A stretch of DNA of 24,000 bases from Candidatus Caldarchaeum subterraneum (GTDB lineage: Archaea > Thermoproteota > Nitrososphaeria_A > Caldarchaeales > Caldarchaeaceae): positions 88,659 through 112,658 of the forward strand of contig CALHAG010000001.1 of the NCBI GenBank assembly GCA_937934305.1, written 5' to 3'. The stretch's first letter is position 1; every line of letters starts with the position of its first letter. Under the pieces are notes generated by a model. The model was not told the DNA's origin. It saw nothing but the letters and a program-made list of their open reading frames with translations, and searched no databases. The translations under genes were made by a program, and so were the position numbers. Shown one piece after another: positions 16,437 through 24,000 of the stretch.

Positions 16437-17765
16437 GTGGCCTCATCCGCAGTATTGCAGGTTATCGGAGAGCCGAAAAATTATAAAAAAACACGCTACG
16501 TTTATGAAAATGAGCCGTGTGAGGCCCTGCTCGCCGCGACCGCGGTAGCCGACATCACAGGCGGCGAAGTCATCCTGCTTGCGCCCGAAAGCCTCGTGAC
16601 ATCTCTTGAACCCGACATAGATGAGGCATGCAAACTCCTCGAAAACCCTAAGATGTTTGAGCAGAAAGTTCTTGAACAACTGGACAACGGTAGTGAAAAC
16701 CATCCGAAAACCACGGTGGAAATTTTACCCAGCGTAGGCAGCTTCCGCCAGCGGGAAAAAGATTGGAGAATAAATGCACAGGGAACCTTCGCCGCCATAG
16801 AGGCCGCATTATTTCTCATCATGAAAAAACTCGTCAAAGAAGGCAGGAACATCACCATGGTTGTCACGAGCGGGCTTAACATCTACCCCGCACTAGCTCT
16901 TCGCACTCTCTACAACATCCTCACATACCAGCTTCTCGCCGCCTATCCTCATGAACCTAACCCAAGGCCATGCCACAAAATCGTATACCACACCATACCC
17001 ACACAAGAAAACGAGGAAATACAGATAGAGACACAAGCCGTCGAAACAACAATTTATAACGCCTTCCCCCTTACCAATGAAGAAATCAACGACCTAGGAA
17101 CAGTTTACAGAGGAGATTTACGGGGAAATCTTGTGAGATGTTTAAAAAATGGCTTGAAAACGTTTATCTGTATAAACCGTAACACACCTCTACCGCTTTA
17201 CCATGGGAAAATAATCGAGGAAATTTCCCAAGAATGTGTAGAGAAACTGGAGCAACAAGTTGCAGATGACCTCAGAAAAAGAATAGAACACACCGTCGAG
17301 AAGGAAAAAGTCCAAATAACCATCAAACGCTCCACCGAAAATCTTCCCATATCCTTTATCCGCAGAACGATGATGGCGTTAGCCATGACAAAGTCGCTGA
17401 TGAAACTAGTCAAAGAAGCGCGGAAAAACATGGTGAACGGGTTTGTCCCCCTCGATGCCATAAAAACTCTCTTCATAGAAGAAATCTATCAAAACAGGCC
17501 ACATTTCACGCATAATAGACATCTTCTGGAGAGTGAGGTGGAGAATATTGAGAAGCTGAGGGATAGGTTGGGTGAAACTGAGCAGTATTTGATGAATTTT
17601 CTCTCTGGTGGGAAAGGCTCCAGCGACATGGTGCGCAACTTCTTCGCACACAGCGGGTTCCTTGGAGACATAACCTACGTCAAGAAAGACTCGTCAAGCA
17701 GAATTCTCCTCAGATACGATTCAGAACGGGCTAAGGATGTTGGTGAATGGCTTTTGGGTAGATAG
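16437..17765 (+). CDS. csx1: Csx1-family CARF-HEPN protein (CRISPR-associated ancillary ribonuclease family)
   Basis: The N-terminus (VLQVIGEPKNYKKTRYVYENE) resembles the Csx1/TIGR02221 start (xLGxxxYxxxxY). VTSGLN (16863-16880) sits where the DxTHGxN motif lies. The C-terminal HEPN motif is R-N-x-x-A-H-x-G (VRNFFAHSGF; RNFFAH at 17634-17651). Confidence 0.75.
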   Translation: MASSAVLQVIGEPKNYKKTRYVYENEPCEALLAATAVADITGGEVILLAPESLVTSLEPDIDEACKLLENPKMFEQKVLEQLDNGSENHPKTTVEILPSVGSFRQREKDWRINAQGTFAAIEAALFLIMKKLVKEGRNITMVVTSGLNIYPALALRTLYNILTYQLLAAYPHEPNPRPCHKIVYHTIPTQENEEIQIETQAVETTIYNAFPLTNEEINDLGTVYRGDLRGNLVRCLKNGLKTFICINRNTPLPLYHGKIIEEISQECVEKLEQQVADDLRKRIEHTVEKEKVQITIKRSTENLPISFIRRTMMALAMTKSLMKLVKEARKNMVNGFVPLDAIKTLFIEEIYQNRPHFTHNRHLLESEVENIEKLRDRLGETEQYLMNFLSGGKGSSDMVRNFFAHSGFLGDITYVKKDSSSRILLRYDSERAKDVGEWLLGR

Positions 17766-17779
17766 TTTGTGGATGGTCT

Positions 17780-18370
17780 ATGTTTTTCATGGGCGTGGAT
17801 TTGGCTGGTGTTGAGACGAGGCCCTCGGGGATGGCTGTTCTGGATGAGGAGCTTCGTGTGCGGACTTGGGTGCGTTTTCTCGATGCGGAGATTCTCGCCG
17901 ACGTTGATGAGCTAAGGCCTGTCGCCGTGGGAATTGATGCTCCTCTTGGACTGCCACGTGGAAGGACAAGCCTCGAGACACGTGGACCCCCACATTTCAG
18001 GATATGTGACAACGAGCTGCGGCGACGCGGTATCAGGTTCTTTCCCATCACGATAGGGGCGATGCGTAAACTGACAGCCCGTGGAATAAGACTCGCCGAG
18101 GAAATCCGCCGCAGAAACATCCCCGTCTATGAGACCTTTCCCGGCGGGGTGCAGGACCTTCTCGGCCTCCCACGCAAACACCACAGCCTCAAGGGCCTCG
18201 TCAAAGGCCTCCGAAAACTCGGCGTCAAAAACCTGTCCCCGAAAAATTCGGGCGATGAAGCGGACGCTGTCACATGCGCCTACGCGGTCTACCTCTGGTG
18301 GAGAGGGTTGTGCGAGGAGGTTGGTGTGCCTGATGAGGGTGTGATGATTCTTCCCAAGCGAAGGCCTTGA
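17780..18370 (+). CDS. DUF429/COG2410 predicted RNase H-fold nuclease
   Basis: GVDLAG..TRPSGMAVL at the N-terminus, then GIDAPLGLP, CDNELRRRGIRFFP, ETFPGG..DLLGLPRK and DEADAVTCA. This order of acidic motifs is characteristic of the family. It begins 14 nt after the csx1 stop. Confidence 0.75.
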   Translation: MFFMGVDLAGVETRPSGMAVLDEELRVRTWVRFLDAEILADVDELRPVAVGIDAPLGLPRGRTSLETRGPPHFRICDNELRRRGIRFFPITIGAMRKLTARGIRLAEEIRRRNIPVYETFPGGVQDLLGLPRKHHSLKGLVKGLRKLGVKNLSPKNSGDEADAVTCAYAVYLWWRGLCEEVGVPDEGVMILPKRRP

Positions 18371-18371
18371 A

Positions 18372-19397
18372 CTATTGTGCGAGGGGTTCGGGGGGTTCAG
18401 GCGGCTCCTCGAAGACCGTGGGCCACTCCGCGGCGTTGCCTGCGTCTCTCTCAGCCAGCTTTTTCTCTATCTGTTGACGGAGCGGCTCGAGCCATGGGGG
18501 TAGAACAAGGCGGGAGCCGAGTGTTTCACGTGGCTCGTCTACGTCGTAGCCGGGGCCTTCTGTCGCCAGCTCAAACAGGTTTCCATCGGGGTCTCTGAAG
18601 TAGAGCGACTTGAACCAGAACCTGTCGACGATGCCCGAGTTTCTCCAGCCAACCGAGTTAAGCCTCCGCATCACAAGCCGCTGCATCTCCTCCGACTCTA
18701 CACACAAGGCTATGTGGTGAACCGAGCCACGGGCCACGTATCCATCCACGTTCACGGGGTCGACTATGCAGCGGAGATAAACGTCACCATCCATGTTTAA
18801 AACACGCAGCACACCACCTGCATCATCCACTTTCACTATGTCGAGAAACTTCTCCAGAAACCTGCTGGTCAACTTGGGGTCGGATATGATGGGTGACGCG
18901 TGGTCAAACGCTGTGAGCCTCATGTCTTGAGAGATTGCCGTGGGCGTCGATGTTTGTGTGAAGAGTTCCTTGAGGTAGCCTATGTCTGCATCGGGGTAGG
19001 GTGTTGTCAGCTCGAGGAGGACGCCGTCGGGGTCGCGGAGATAGATGGATGCGAGGCCGCCGTAGACATATGGGCCCCTGGCGGCTATGTTTCCTTCCCT
19101 GAGAAAATGGAACCACTTGGCTAAAGCCTCTGGGGAACCGACCCTGTATGCAAGATGATGCGGTGAACCATATCCGGGATAGCCGCGCGGCAGCTCAGGC
19201 CACTCGAAGAATGTGATGGCGCTTCCTGTCGGCTTGTCGAAATTGGCGTAGAAGAGGTGGCGGTGATATATGTCGTCTTGGTTTACGGAGAGCTTGACGC
19301 GGCGGAGGCCCAGCACCTCTGTGTAGAAACGGTTGTTGACAACATAGTTTCCGGTAACGAGAGTGATGTGGTGCAGGCCCTTGACGATGCTTTCCAC
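18372..19397 (-). CDS. Two-domain VOC (glyoxalase/ring-cleaving dioxygenase, MhqO-like) protein
   Basis: GLHHITLVTGN....N..FYTEVLGLRRVK..VNQDD...HLFY in the N-terminal domain, and a second VOC module (SVHHIALCVE ... YFRDPDGNLFELAT). GTG start. Confidence 0.85.
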   Translation of the reverse strand: MESIVKGLHHITLVTGNYVVNNRFYTEVLGLRRVKLSVNQDDIYHRHLFYANFDKPTGSAITFFEWPELPRGYPGYGSPHHLAYRVGSPEALAKWFHFLREGNIAARGPYVYGGLASIYLRDPDGVLLELTTPYPDADIGYLKELFTQTSTPTAISQDMRLTAFDHASPIISDPKLTSRFLEKFLDIVKVDDAGGVLRVLNMDGDVYLRCIVDPVNVDGYVARGSVHHIALCVESEEMQRLVMRRLNSVGWRNSGIVDRFWFKSLYFRDPDGNLFELATEGPGYDVDEPRETLGSRLVLPPWLEPLRQQIEKKLAERDAGNAAEWPTVFEEPPEPPEPLAQ

Positions 19398-19423
19398 GCA
19401 GCGGTTAAATCTGTTGCCTGATT

Positions 19424-20710
19424 TTAACGTGTCTCCTTCTCCAAAGGCCGTTTAAGCAACTGGGCCTGCAGCACAGAGACAGATACGGCTGTGAGGAAGG
19501 AGGGTAGAGATGCGCCTATGTCGGGGGCCAGCTGTATGATGGCGACGTAAACAAGTATTCCGGCTATCCATGAGACGAAGCCACGGATTTTGACACCGCT
19601 CGACTGATAAAACTCATCCAAGACGGGTGGGTTGTTTCTCCTGTTGATGAAGAACTCCGCTGTCATGGCTCCGAGAAGCGGCACAAACAGCGAGCCGATG
19701 AGAAGAAGGAACCATTCATACTGCAGCAGCGGAACCGTGAGGGCGAGGAGAGCACCCGCGGCTGTTGTAAAGGCTGCGAAAACCCACTGAGGCGTTTTGG
19801 GGAAAATGTTTTGGAAGGAGACTGCTGAGGAGTAGATGTCGGCGAAGCCGTTGTCTGTTTCATCGACCAGTATGAGGATGAGCGCCGCGTTGCCGAGGAA
19901 AAGTGTTCCAATCGCTGAGATGATGTCGTTGATGCCGAGGACCGCGACGAGGGCTGCTCCGAGAAGGTAGAACCATGTGTTAGAGAGTGTGTAGCCCGAC
20001 AACGTGCCCCAGAAGCTTGAGGAGGACTTGGCTGCGAACCGGTTATAGTCGGAGACAAGAGGCCACCACGACACCGGCATCGCAACCACAATGTCAAGGG
20101 CCAGCAGCAGAGGTATCGCATCGGGCTTGCCGCCGGTTAGCCACTGGCCTACTCCCGGCGATGTGGCGACGAGATATGTTATCCAGATGGATGAGATGTA
20201 GACCAGCCAGATAGCGTATCTTTCGAGCCATTTGCGGACAACTGCGAGAGGCCCGCCCAGCGCCAGCAGCAGACACCATAGGCTGAAGACAACCACCCAC
20301 AGGGGAAAACTCAGCTCACCGAAAAGCCAGCCCGTCAAAACACCCGCCGCCTGCGCCATAATCATAATCTCGAAACCTGTCCAGCCTATGAGCTGAACAA
20401 TGTTTAGAACGGTGGGAACGTAGCTGCCGCGGAGACCGAGAACGGGACGCAGGCTCACCATCGTCGGCACACCATACCTGCTTCCGACAACACCCGCCGA
20501 CGCGAGCATCAGGCTACCTATAACCGAGCCGGCGAGAGAAACAGCCAAAACCTCGAAGAAACTCAGCGAAGAAAGAAACGAACCCGCAACCATCACCAAC
20601 AGCCCTACACCCAAGCTCGACCAGAGAACAAAGTAGTCAAAGAAACGGAGGATTCTGCTGTTTTCTGGAACAGGGTCAGTGCCCCATTCAGGCGGAAGCC
20701 GTATCTTCAT
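19424..20710 (-). CDS. NCS1/CodB-like nucleobase or vitamin-precursor permease
   Basis: About 12 TM helices. The N-terminal segment (ENSRILRFFDYFVLWSSLGVGLLVMVAG) and overall architecture resemble cytosine/purine/HMP (CytX) permeases. The substrate cannot be assigned. Confidence 0.75.
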   Translation of the reverse strand: MKIRLPPEWGTDPVPENSRILRFFDYFVLWSSLGVGLLVMVAGSFLSSLSFFEVLAVSLAGSVIGSLMLASAGVVGSRYGVPTMVSLRPVLGLRGSYVPTVLNIVQLIGWTGFEIMIMAQAAGVLTGWLFGELSFPLWVVVFSLWCLLLALGGPLAVVRKWLERYAIWLVYISSIWITYLVATSPGVGQWLTGGKPDAIPLLLALDIVVAMPVSWWPLVSDYNRFAAKSSSSFWGTLSGYTLSNTWFYLLGAALVAVLGINDIISAIGTLFLGNAALILILVDETDNGFADIYSSAVSFQNIFPKTPQWVFAAFTTAAGALLALTVPLLQYEWFLLLIGSLFVPLLGAMTAEFFINRRNNPPVLDEFYQSSGVKIRGFVSWIAGILVYVAIIQLAPDIGASLPSFLTAVSVSVLQAQLLKRPLEKETR

Positions 20711-20732
20711 GGCTCAGCGGCTATGGTGAGAC

Positions 20733-20740
20733 AATATAAA
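20733..20740 (-). promoter_or_regulatory. TATA-like box for the permease gene
   Basis: The minus strand reads tttatatt about 23-30 nt upstream of the ATG (complement of 20708-20710). Confidence 0.3.
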
Positions 20741-20756
20741 CCACTAAATAAGCCAG

Positions 20757-21146
20757 TTATAGCTTGGACTTTACCGCCGCCAACCCCTTCTCCGTCAACA
20801 TGTAGCGGAAGGGCTTACCCTCCCGTTTAACATATCCTCTGTCGTGGAGGCTCTTGAGCAGGCGGGCGGTATGCTCGCGGCTAAGGTTGAGGGCCTTGCT
20901 GACGTCACTTGACATCACGTTCCCCCGCTCTTCAATAAGCCGCAGGGCAGCCAAAGCAGAGGGGTGCAGCTCCTCCACACCACCGCCTTCCTCCCGCAAC
21001 GTTTCCTGGCGGGGCCTCTCCTGCGTGATTTCCTGCGACTTCTGCTGTGTGACGCCGTGATGTGTCACAGCCCTGCGGTAAACATATAGAAAAATAAGCG
21101 TCTGAGCAACAAACAAAGCCGAAAAAACAAGGGTAACTGTATCCAA
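20757..21146 (-). CDS. Membrane-anchored winged-helix (MarR/ArsR-like) DNA-binding protein
   Basis: One N-terminal TM helix (VTLVFSALFVAQTLIFLYVY), an acidic/basic linker, then a wHTH (ALRLIEERGNVMSSDVSKALNLSREHTARLLKSLHDRGYVKREGKPFRYMLTEKG). Confidence 0.7.
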   Translation of the reverse strand: MDTVTLVFSALFVAQTLIFLYVYRRAVTHHGVTQQKSQEITQERPRQETLREEGGGVEELHPSALAALRLIEERGNVMSSDVSKALNLSREHTARLLKSLHDRGYVKREGKPFRYMLTEKGLAAVKSKL

Positions 21147-21151
21147 GCCGT

Positions 21152-21547
21152 CTACACCTCCAGCCGCCCCAGAAACTCCCTAACAGTCTCCCAATCTTTC
21201 TCCTCAAATGCTTCGCTTAGGCGGAAAAACCACTGGTATTGTGGGAGTTTGATTAGCCCGAGGTAGCTGAGCAAAATTAGTGTGTAGAAGGATTTTTGGA
21301 TGTTTGTGATGGCTTGTTTGCGGGTTCTGATGTAGGAGCCTTTTGTGACGCCGCGTAGCGCGGCCCGTTGATTTGACGTCAACGTCACGCCGTCACGCTG
21401 TGATATCACGTCAAAAATAAGGGTTTCCACCTGCTTTTGCGTTAGATGACTCCGCTTGAGCAGCTCCCTGAAAACCGTGTCTCCGGTCATTTTTCGCATG
21501 AATTCGGCAATTTCTCGGCTTTCCTTCCTCTCCTCCCCTTCCCCCAT
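21152..21547 (-). CDS. Tfx-like / sigma-70 region-4-like HTH protein
   Basis: HLTQKQVETLIF......GVTLTSNQRAALRGVTKGSYIRTRKQAITNIQKS resembles the LTxxQxEvL...HTH...A..ki pattern of Tfx/LuxR-type HTH domains. It ends 5 nt upstream of the next gene on the same strand. Confidence 0.6.
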   Translation of the reverse strand: MGEGEERKESREIAEFMRKMTGDTVFRELLKRSHLTQKQVETLIFDVISQRDGVTLTSNQRAALRGVTKGSYIRTRKQAITNIQKSFYTLILLSYLGLIKLPQYQWFFRLSEAFEEKDWETVREFLGRLEV

Positions 21548-21669
21548 ACCTGGAATACATTTTTGTAAACCGCATTATTTTTGCATCACGCCACGTCACA
21601 CCATGAAACATTACTCACGTATCCCTCCGGTAATACTGTTAAAATCAACCCATTCATGGTTGTTCATCG

Positions 21670-22050
21670 ATGACCGCGGTGAAGAACGTGGCTGATTTAG
21701 CGGCCAAGCCTGTTGATAAAAGCAGGGACGCGTTTATTCAGGTGCTGGTTGACTCGCGAGACGGCTCGGCTAACATTTTTCTCCGCAGGTTTGTGATTAA
21801 GCCCGGCGGCGAGATCCCTGCTCACAGCCATCCCGACATGGAGCATGTCCAGTATGTTTTGAGGGGTGAGTATGAGGTTGTTCTCGACGGTGTGGTGCAT
21901 AGGGTGAAGGCGGGAGATGTCTTGTTTATTCCCGCGAAGACTGTTCACAGCTACCGGAATACGGGGAAAGAGGATGCAGAGTTTCTCTGCGTGATAAGGG
22001 GAGGGCCCTACGAGACCAAGTGGGTGGATGAAGGGGCTTCACGCTGCTGA
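21670..22050 (+). CDS. Cupin-domain protein
   Basis: The two cupin motifs are present: GGEIPAHSHPDMEHVQYVLRG and GDVLFIPAKTVHSYRN. A TATA-like ttaaaat (21639-21645) lies about 25 nt upstream. Confidence 0.8.
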   Translation: MTAVKNVADLAAKPVDKSRDAFIQVLVDSRDGSANIFLRRFVIKPGGEIPAHSHPDMEHVQYVLRGEYEVVLDGVVHRVKAGDVLFIPAKTVHSYRNTGKEDAEFLCVIRGGPYETKWVDEGASRC

Positions 22051-22943
22051 GACAGGGCCTCGAGCCTTTTCCACCTCTCCTCAACCTCTTGTTTAAGCCT
22101 CTGCAGCAGCTCCGCGTTCTCGGGCCTCAGCAACGTTCTGTACCTGTTCTGAATCTTGAGAAATTCTTCAAGCGGCTTGGGACGTGCCACGAAATAGTTG
22201 ATTTTGTAACGGCCGTTCTCCACCTCGTAGAGAGGGAAATAACGGGTTTCGACGGCGAGTTTCGAGAGCTGGATGGTTTTGTCGGATTCGGTGTACCAGC
22301 CGCGTGGGCATGGTGCGTATACGTGGAGGAAGGTGGGGCCGTCAAAGGTGAATGCTTTGGCGACTTTGTTGACCAGGTCCTTCCAGAAAAAAGGTGTCGC
22401 GGTGGCCGCGTACTTGACGCCATGTGCGACGACGATGGACATGATGTCTTTCTTGGTCTCCTGTTTTCCGGCTGGCGTGGTCGAAGACCATGCTCCTGGA
22501 GGCGTTGCCGCCGACCGCTGTACGCCCGTGTTCATGTAGGCCTCGTTATCATAGCAGACGAAGAGGAGCCTGTGCCCCCGTTCAAGGGCGCCTGAGAGTG
22601 ATTGAAGCCCGATGTCGAAGGTTCCGCCGTCTCCTGCGAAAACTATGATGTTATGCCGTCTTCCTAGGCCCTTTCTCTCCAAAACCTTGAGCGCAGCTTC
22701 TACACCCGAAGCCGCCGCAGCAGCGTTCTCAAAAGCGACATGCAGCCACGGTACGTTCCAAGCGGTGTATGGATAAGGTGTTGTAACTACCTCGAGGCAG
22801 CCTGTTGCGTTGACAACTATGAGTGGACGGGGTGCGGCTAGGAGGATTTGGCGAACAGCTATCAGTGCTCCGCATCCTGCGCACGCGTTGTGTCCGGGGC
22901 TGATGGCTTCTTTAGCCGGCAGCTGGTCTAGACGCGTTATCAT
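22008..22943 (-). CDS. 2-oxoacid:ferredoxin oxidoreductase, beta (TPP-binding) subunit
   Basis: SPGHNACAGCG near the N-terminus, the TPP motif GDGGTFDIGLQSLSGA...N.AYMNTG, and YAPCP. Substrate (pyruvate, 2-ketoisovalerate or other) not assignable. Confidence 0.92.
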   Translation of the reverse strand: MITRLDQLPAKEAISPGHNACAGCGALIAVRQILLAAPRPLIVVNATGCLEVVTTPYPYTAWNVPWLHVAFENAAAAASGVEAALKVLERKGLGRRHNIIVFAGDGGTFDIGLQSLSGALERGHRLLFVCYDNEAYMNTGVQRSAATPPGAWSSTTPAGKQETKKDIMSIVVAHGVKYAATATPFFWKDLVNKVAKAFTFDGPTFLHVYAPCPRGWYTESDKTIQLSKLAVETRYFPLYEVENGRYKINYFVARPKPLEEFLKIQNRYRTLLRPENAELLQRLKQEVEERWKRLEALSQQREAPSSTHLVS

Positions 22944-24000
22944 GGCCTGTTCACCTCCTCGCCCAGGTAGAAGCTGATGTTTGCTCCTGCGCCTTCTCTG
23001 GCTGCTTCGAGTGCTTTTTGGAGAAGTTTCTCAGCCATGCTTAGCCGGATTTCGTGGCCGCCTAATCCGCAGACAACGCTCCAAACTGGTGTTTGGAGAC
23101 CTGCTGTGTGGAGAAGTGTTTTGATGTCTGTCGCAAGGGGTGGTGCTGGTGCGCCTGGAGAATATGCCCTGTCAAGGACGACGATGAGCTCGGCTTCTCT
23201 GAGGCTGGGTAGGAGGTCTGCGGCTGGGAAAGGCCTGTAGAGACGGAGACTCGCCACACCCACGTTCATTCGACGGCCTAGATGTCTAAAGGTTCCCATC
23301 ACTCCTCCGAGGCCCACCACCATAACAGGCGAACTCCTGTTAACCACGTGCACAACATCATAGCCTTCCTCCCGCAGGGGATAAGACCTGAAAACTTCCT
23401 TGACAACGTTGAGAGAGCTCTCCAACGCCTTAGCCTGCTCAGTTTTAACAACATGGTAGTGCGTGGGCGAGAACATGGCTCCAACGGTGATAGGGGTATC
23501 GTATTCAAGCCGAGGTCTCGGGGTTCTTGGGAGAAAGGCTTGGGCATCCTCTTTTCCGAGAACTCTTACACCCTCGTAGCAGTGTGAGACGGTGAAGCCG
23601 TCGACGTTTACGGCGACGGGGAGCATGACTCTGTTGTCCTCTGCGACGCGGTACGCCATCAGGGTGAAGTCATAGGCTTGCTGCGGGTTTTCCGCGAAGA
23701 GCTGTATCCATCCAGCATCCCGTGAACCCATGACGTCGCTGTGGTCGCCGTGTATGTTGATGGGGGCTGAGAGCGCTCTGTTGGCGATGGCCATCACGAT
23801 GGGGGCGCGGAGGCCCGAGGCGATGTAGAGTATTTCATGCATCAGGGCGAGACCTTGGCTCGAGGTTGCGGTGAAGACCCTTGCACCCGTGAGAGAAGCG
23901 CCCACACAGACGGAGAGAGCAGAGTGCTCCGACTCGACAGGAACAAACTCTGCATCAAGCATCCCCGAAGACGTGTATTCGCTGAGCTTTTCGACAATCG
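22940..24000 (-). CDS. 2-oxoacid:ferredoxin oxidoreductase, alpha subunit (5'-truncated by the window edge)
   Basis: ESEHSALSVCVGASLTGARVFTATSSQGLALMHE and the downstream domains are typical of the PorA/VorA family. The frame stays open to the window end, so the track start at 23962 is not the true start. Its stop overlaps the beta-subunit start (ATGA). Confidence 0.92.
   Translation of the reverse strand, partial: IVEKLSEYTSSGMLDAEFVPVESEHSALSVCVGASLTGARVFTATSSQGLALMHEILYIASGLRAPIVMAIANRALSAPINIHGDHSDVMGSRDAGWIQLFAENPQQAYDFTLMAYRVAEDNRVMLPVAVNVDGFTVSHCYEGVRVLGKEDAQAFLPRTPRPRLEYDTPITVGAMFSPTHYHVVKTEQAKALESSLNVVKEVFRSYPLREEGYDVVHVVNRSSPVMVVGLGGVMGTFRHLGRRMNVGVASLRLYRPFPAADLLPSLREAELIVVLDRAYSPGAPAPPLATDIKTLLHTAGLQTPVWSVVCGLGGHEIRLSMAEKLLQKALEAAREGAGANISFYLGEEVNRP

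Noticed and set aside
22008-22050. 43-nt convergent overlap of the cupin and oxidoreductase beta-subunit 3' ends (and the 8-nt dys/kinase overlap at 9834-9841)
   Set aside because: Short tail-to-tail overlaps are common in compact archaeal genomes and involve non-conserved C-terminal tails. Nothing suggests a regulatory or recoding role.
1-24000. Search for CRISPR arrays, IS elements or integrases given the presence of csx1 and direct repeats
   Set aside because: No intergenic region exceeds about 390 nt, and none shows regularly spaced 24-40-bp repeats. No ORF shows transposase (DDE) or tyrosine/serine recombinase motifs. Absence within this window only.

Overview
This looks like a chromosomal segment from a hyperthermophilic archaeon. 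The evidence is a full-length reverse gyrase, deoxyhypusine synthase, an archaeal-type tRNA-Leu with no encoded CCA, and A/T-rich TATA-like boxes about 25 nt upstream of many start codons, which suggests leaderless transcripts. I support about 29 protein-coding genes, one tRNA and one gene fragment.

Genes in order:
- A small RHH / 90-aa / ParB-like operon, plus a divergent RHH fragment at the left edge.
- A bacterial-type leuC.
- Reverse gyrase.
- A CaCA cation exchanger.
- A TIGR00725/LOG-like protein and deoxyhypusine synthase.
- A MOFRL glycerate kinase.
- A DedA/VTT-like membrane protein.
- A thioredoxin-fold protein.
- A DNA methyltransferase with an unknown partner, next to tRNA-Leu(CAA).
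- A TusA/DsrE-like pair.
- An operon encoding an SRPBCC-membrane fusion and a secreted protein.
- A stand-alone Csx1 (CARF-HEPN) followed by a DUF429 RNase H-fold protein.
- A minus-strand block of a Tfx-like HTH, a TM-wHTH, an NCS1 permease and a VOC dioxygenase.
- A cupin.
- The beta subunit and a partial alpha subunit of a 2-oxoacid:ferredoxin oxidoreductase.

I could not see a CRISPR array, cas core gene, integrase or transposase.

Most notable observations:
1. Reverse gyrase is bracketed by a perfect 30-bp direct repeat created by duplication of the leuC 3' end.
2. Strand composition is a mosaic of G+T-rich and A+C-rich blocks. It flips inside intact genes and runs across genes of opposite orientation.
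3. An orphan csx1-DUF429 gene pair.
4. A permuted methyltransferase plus unknown partner beside the tRNA.
5. An SRPBCC domain fused to a membrane domain with an HDxxH motif.

All functional calls come from motif and family recognition by eye. No database search was run.
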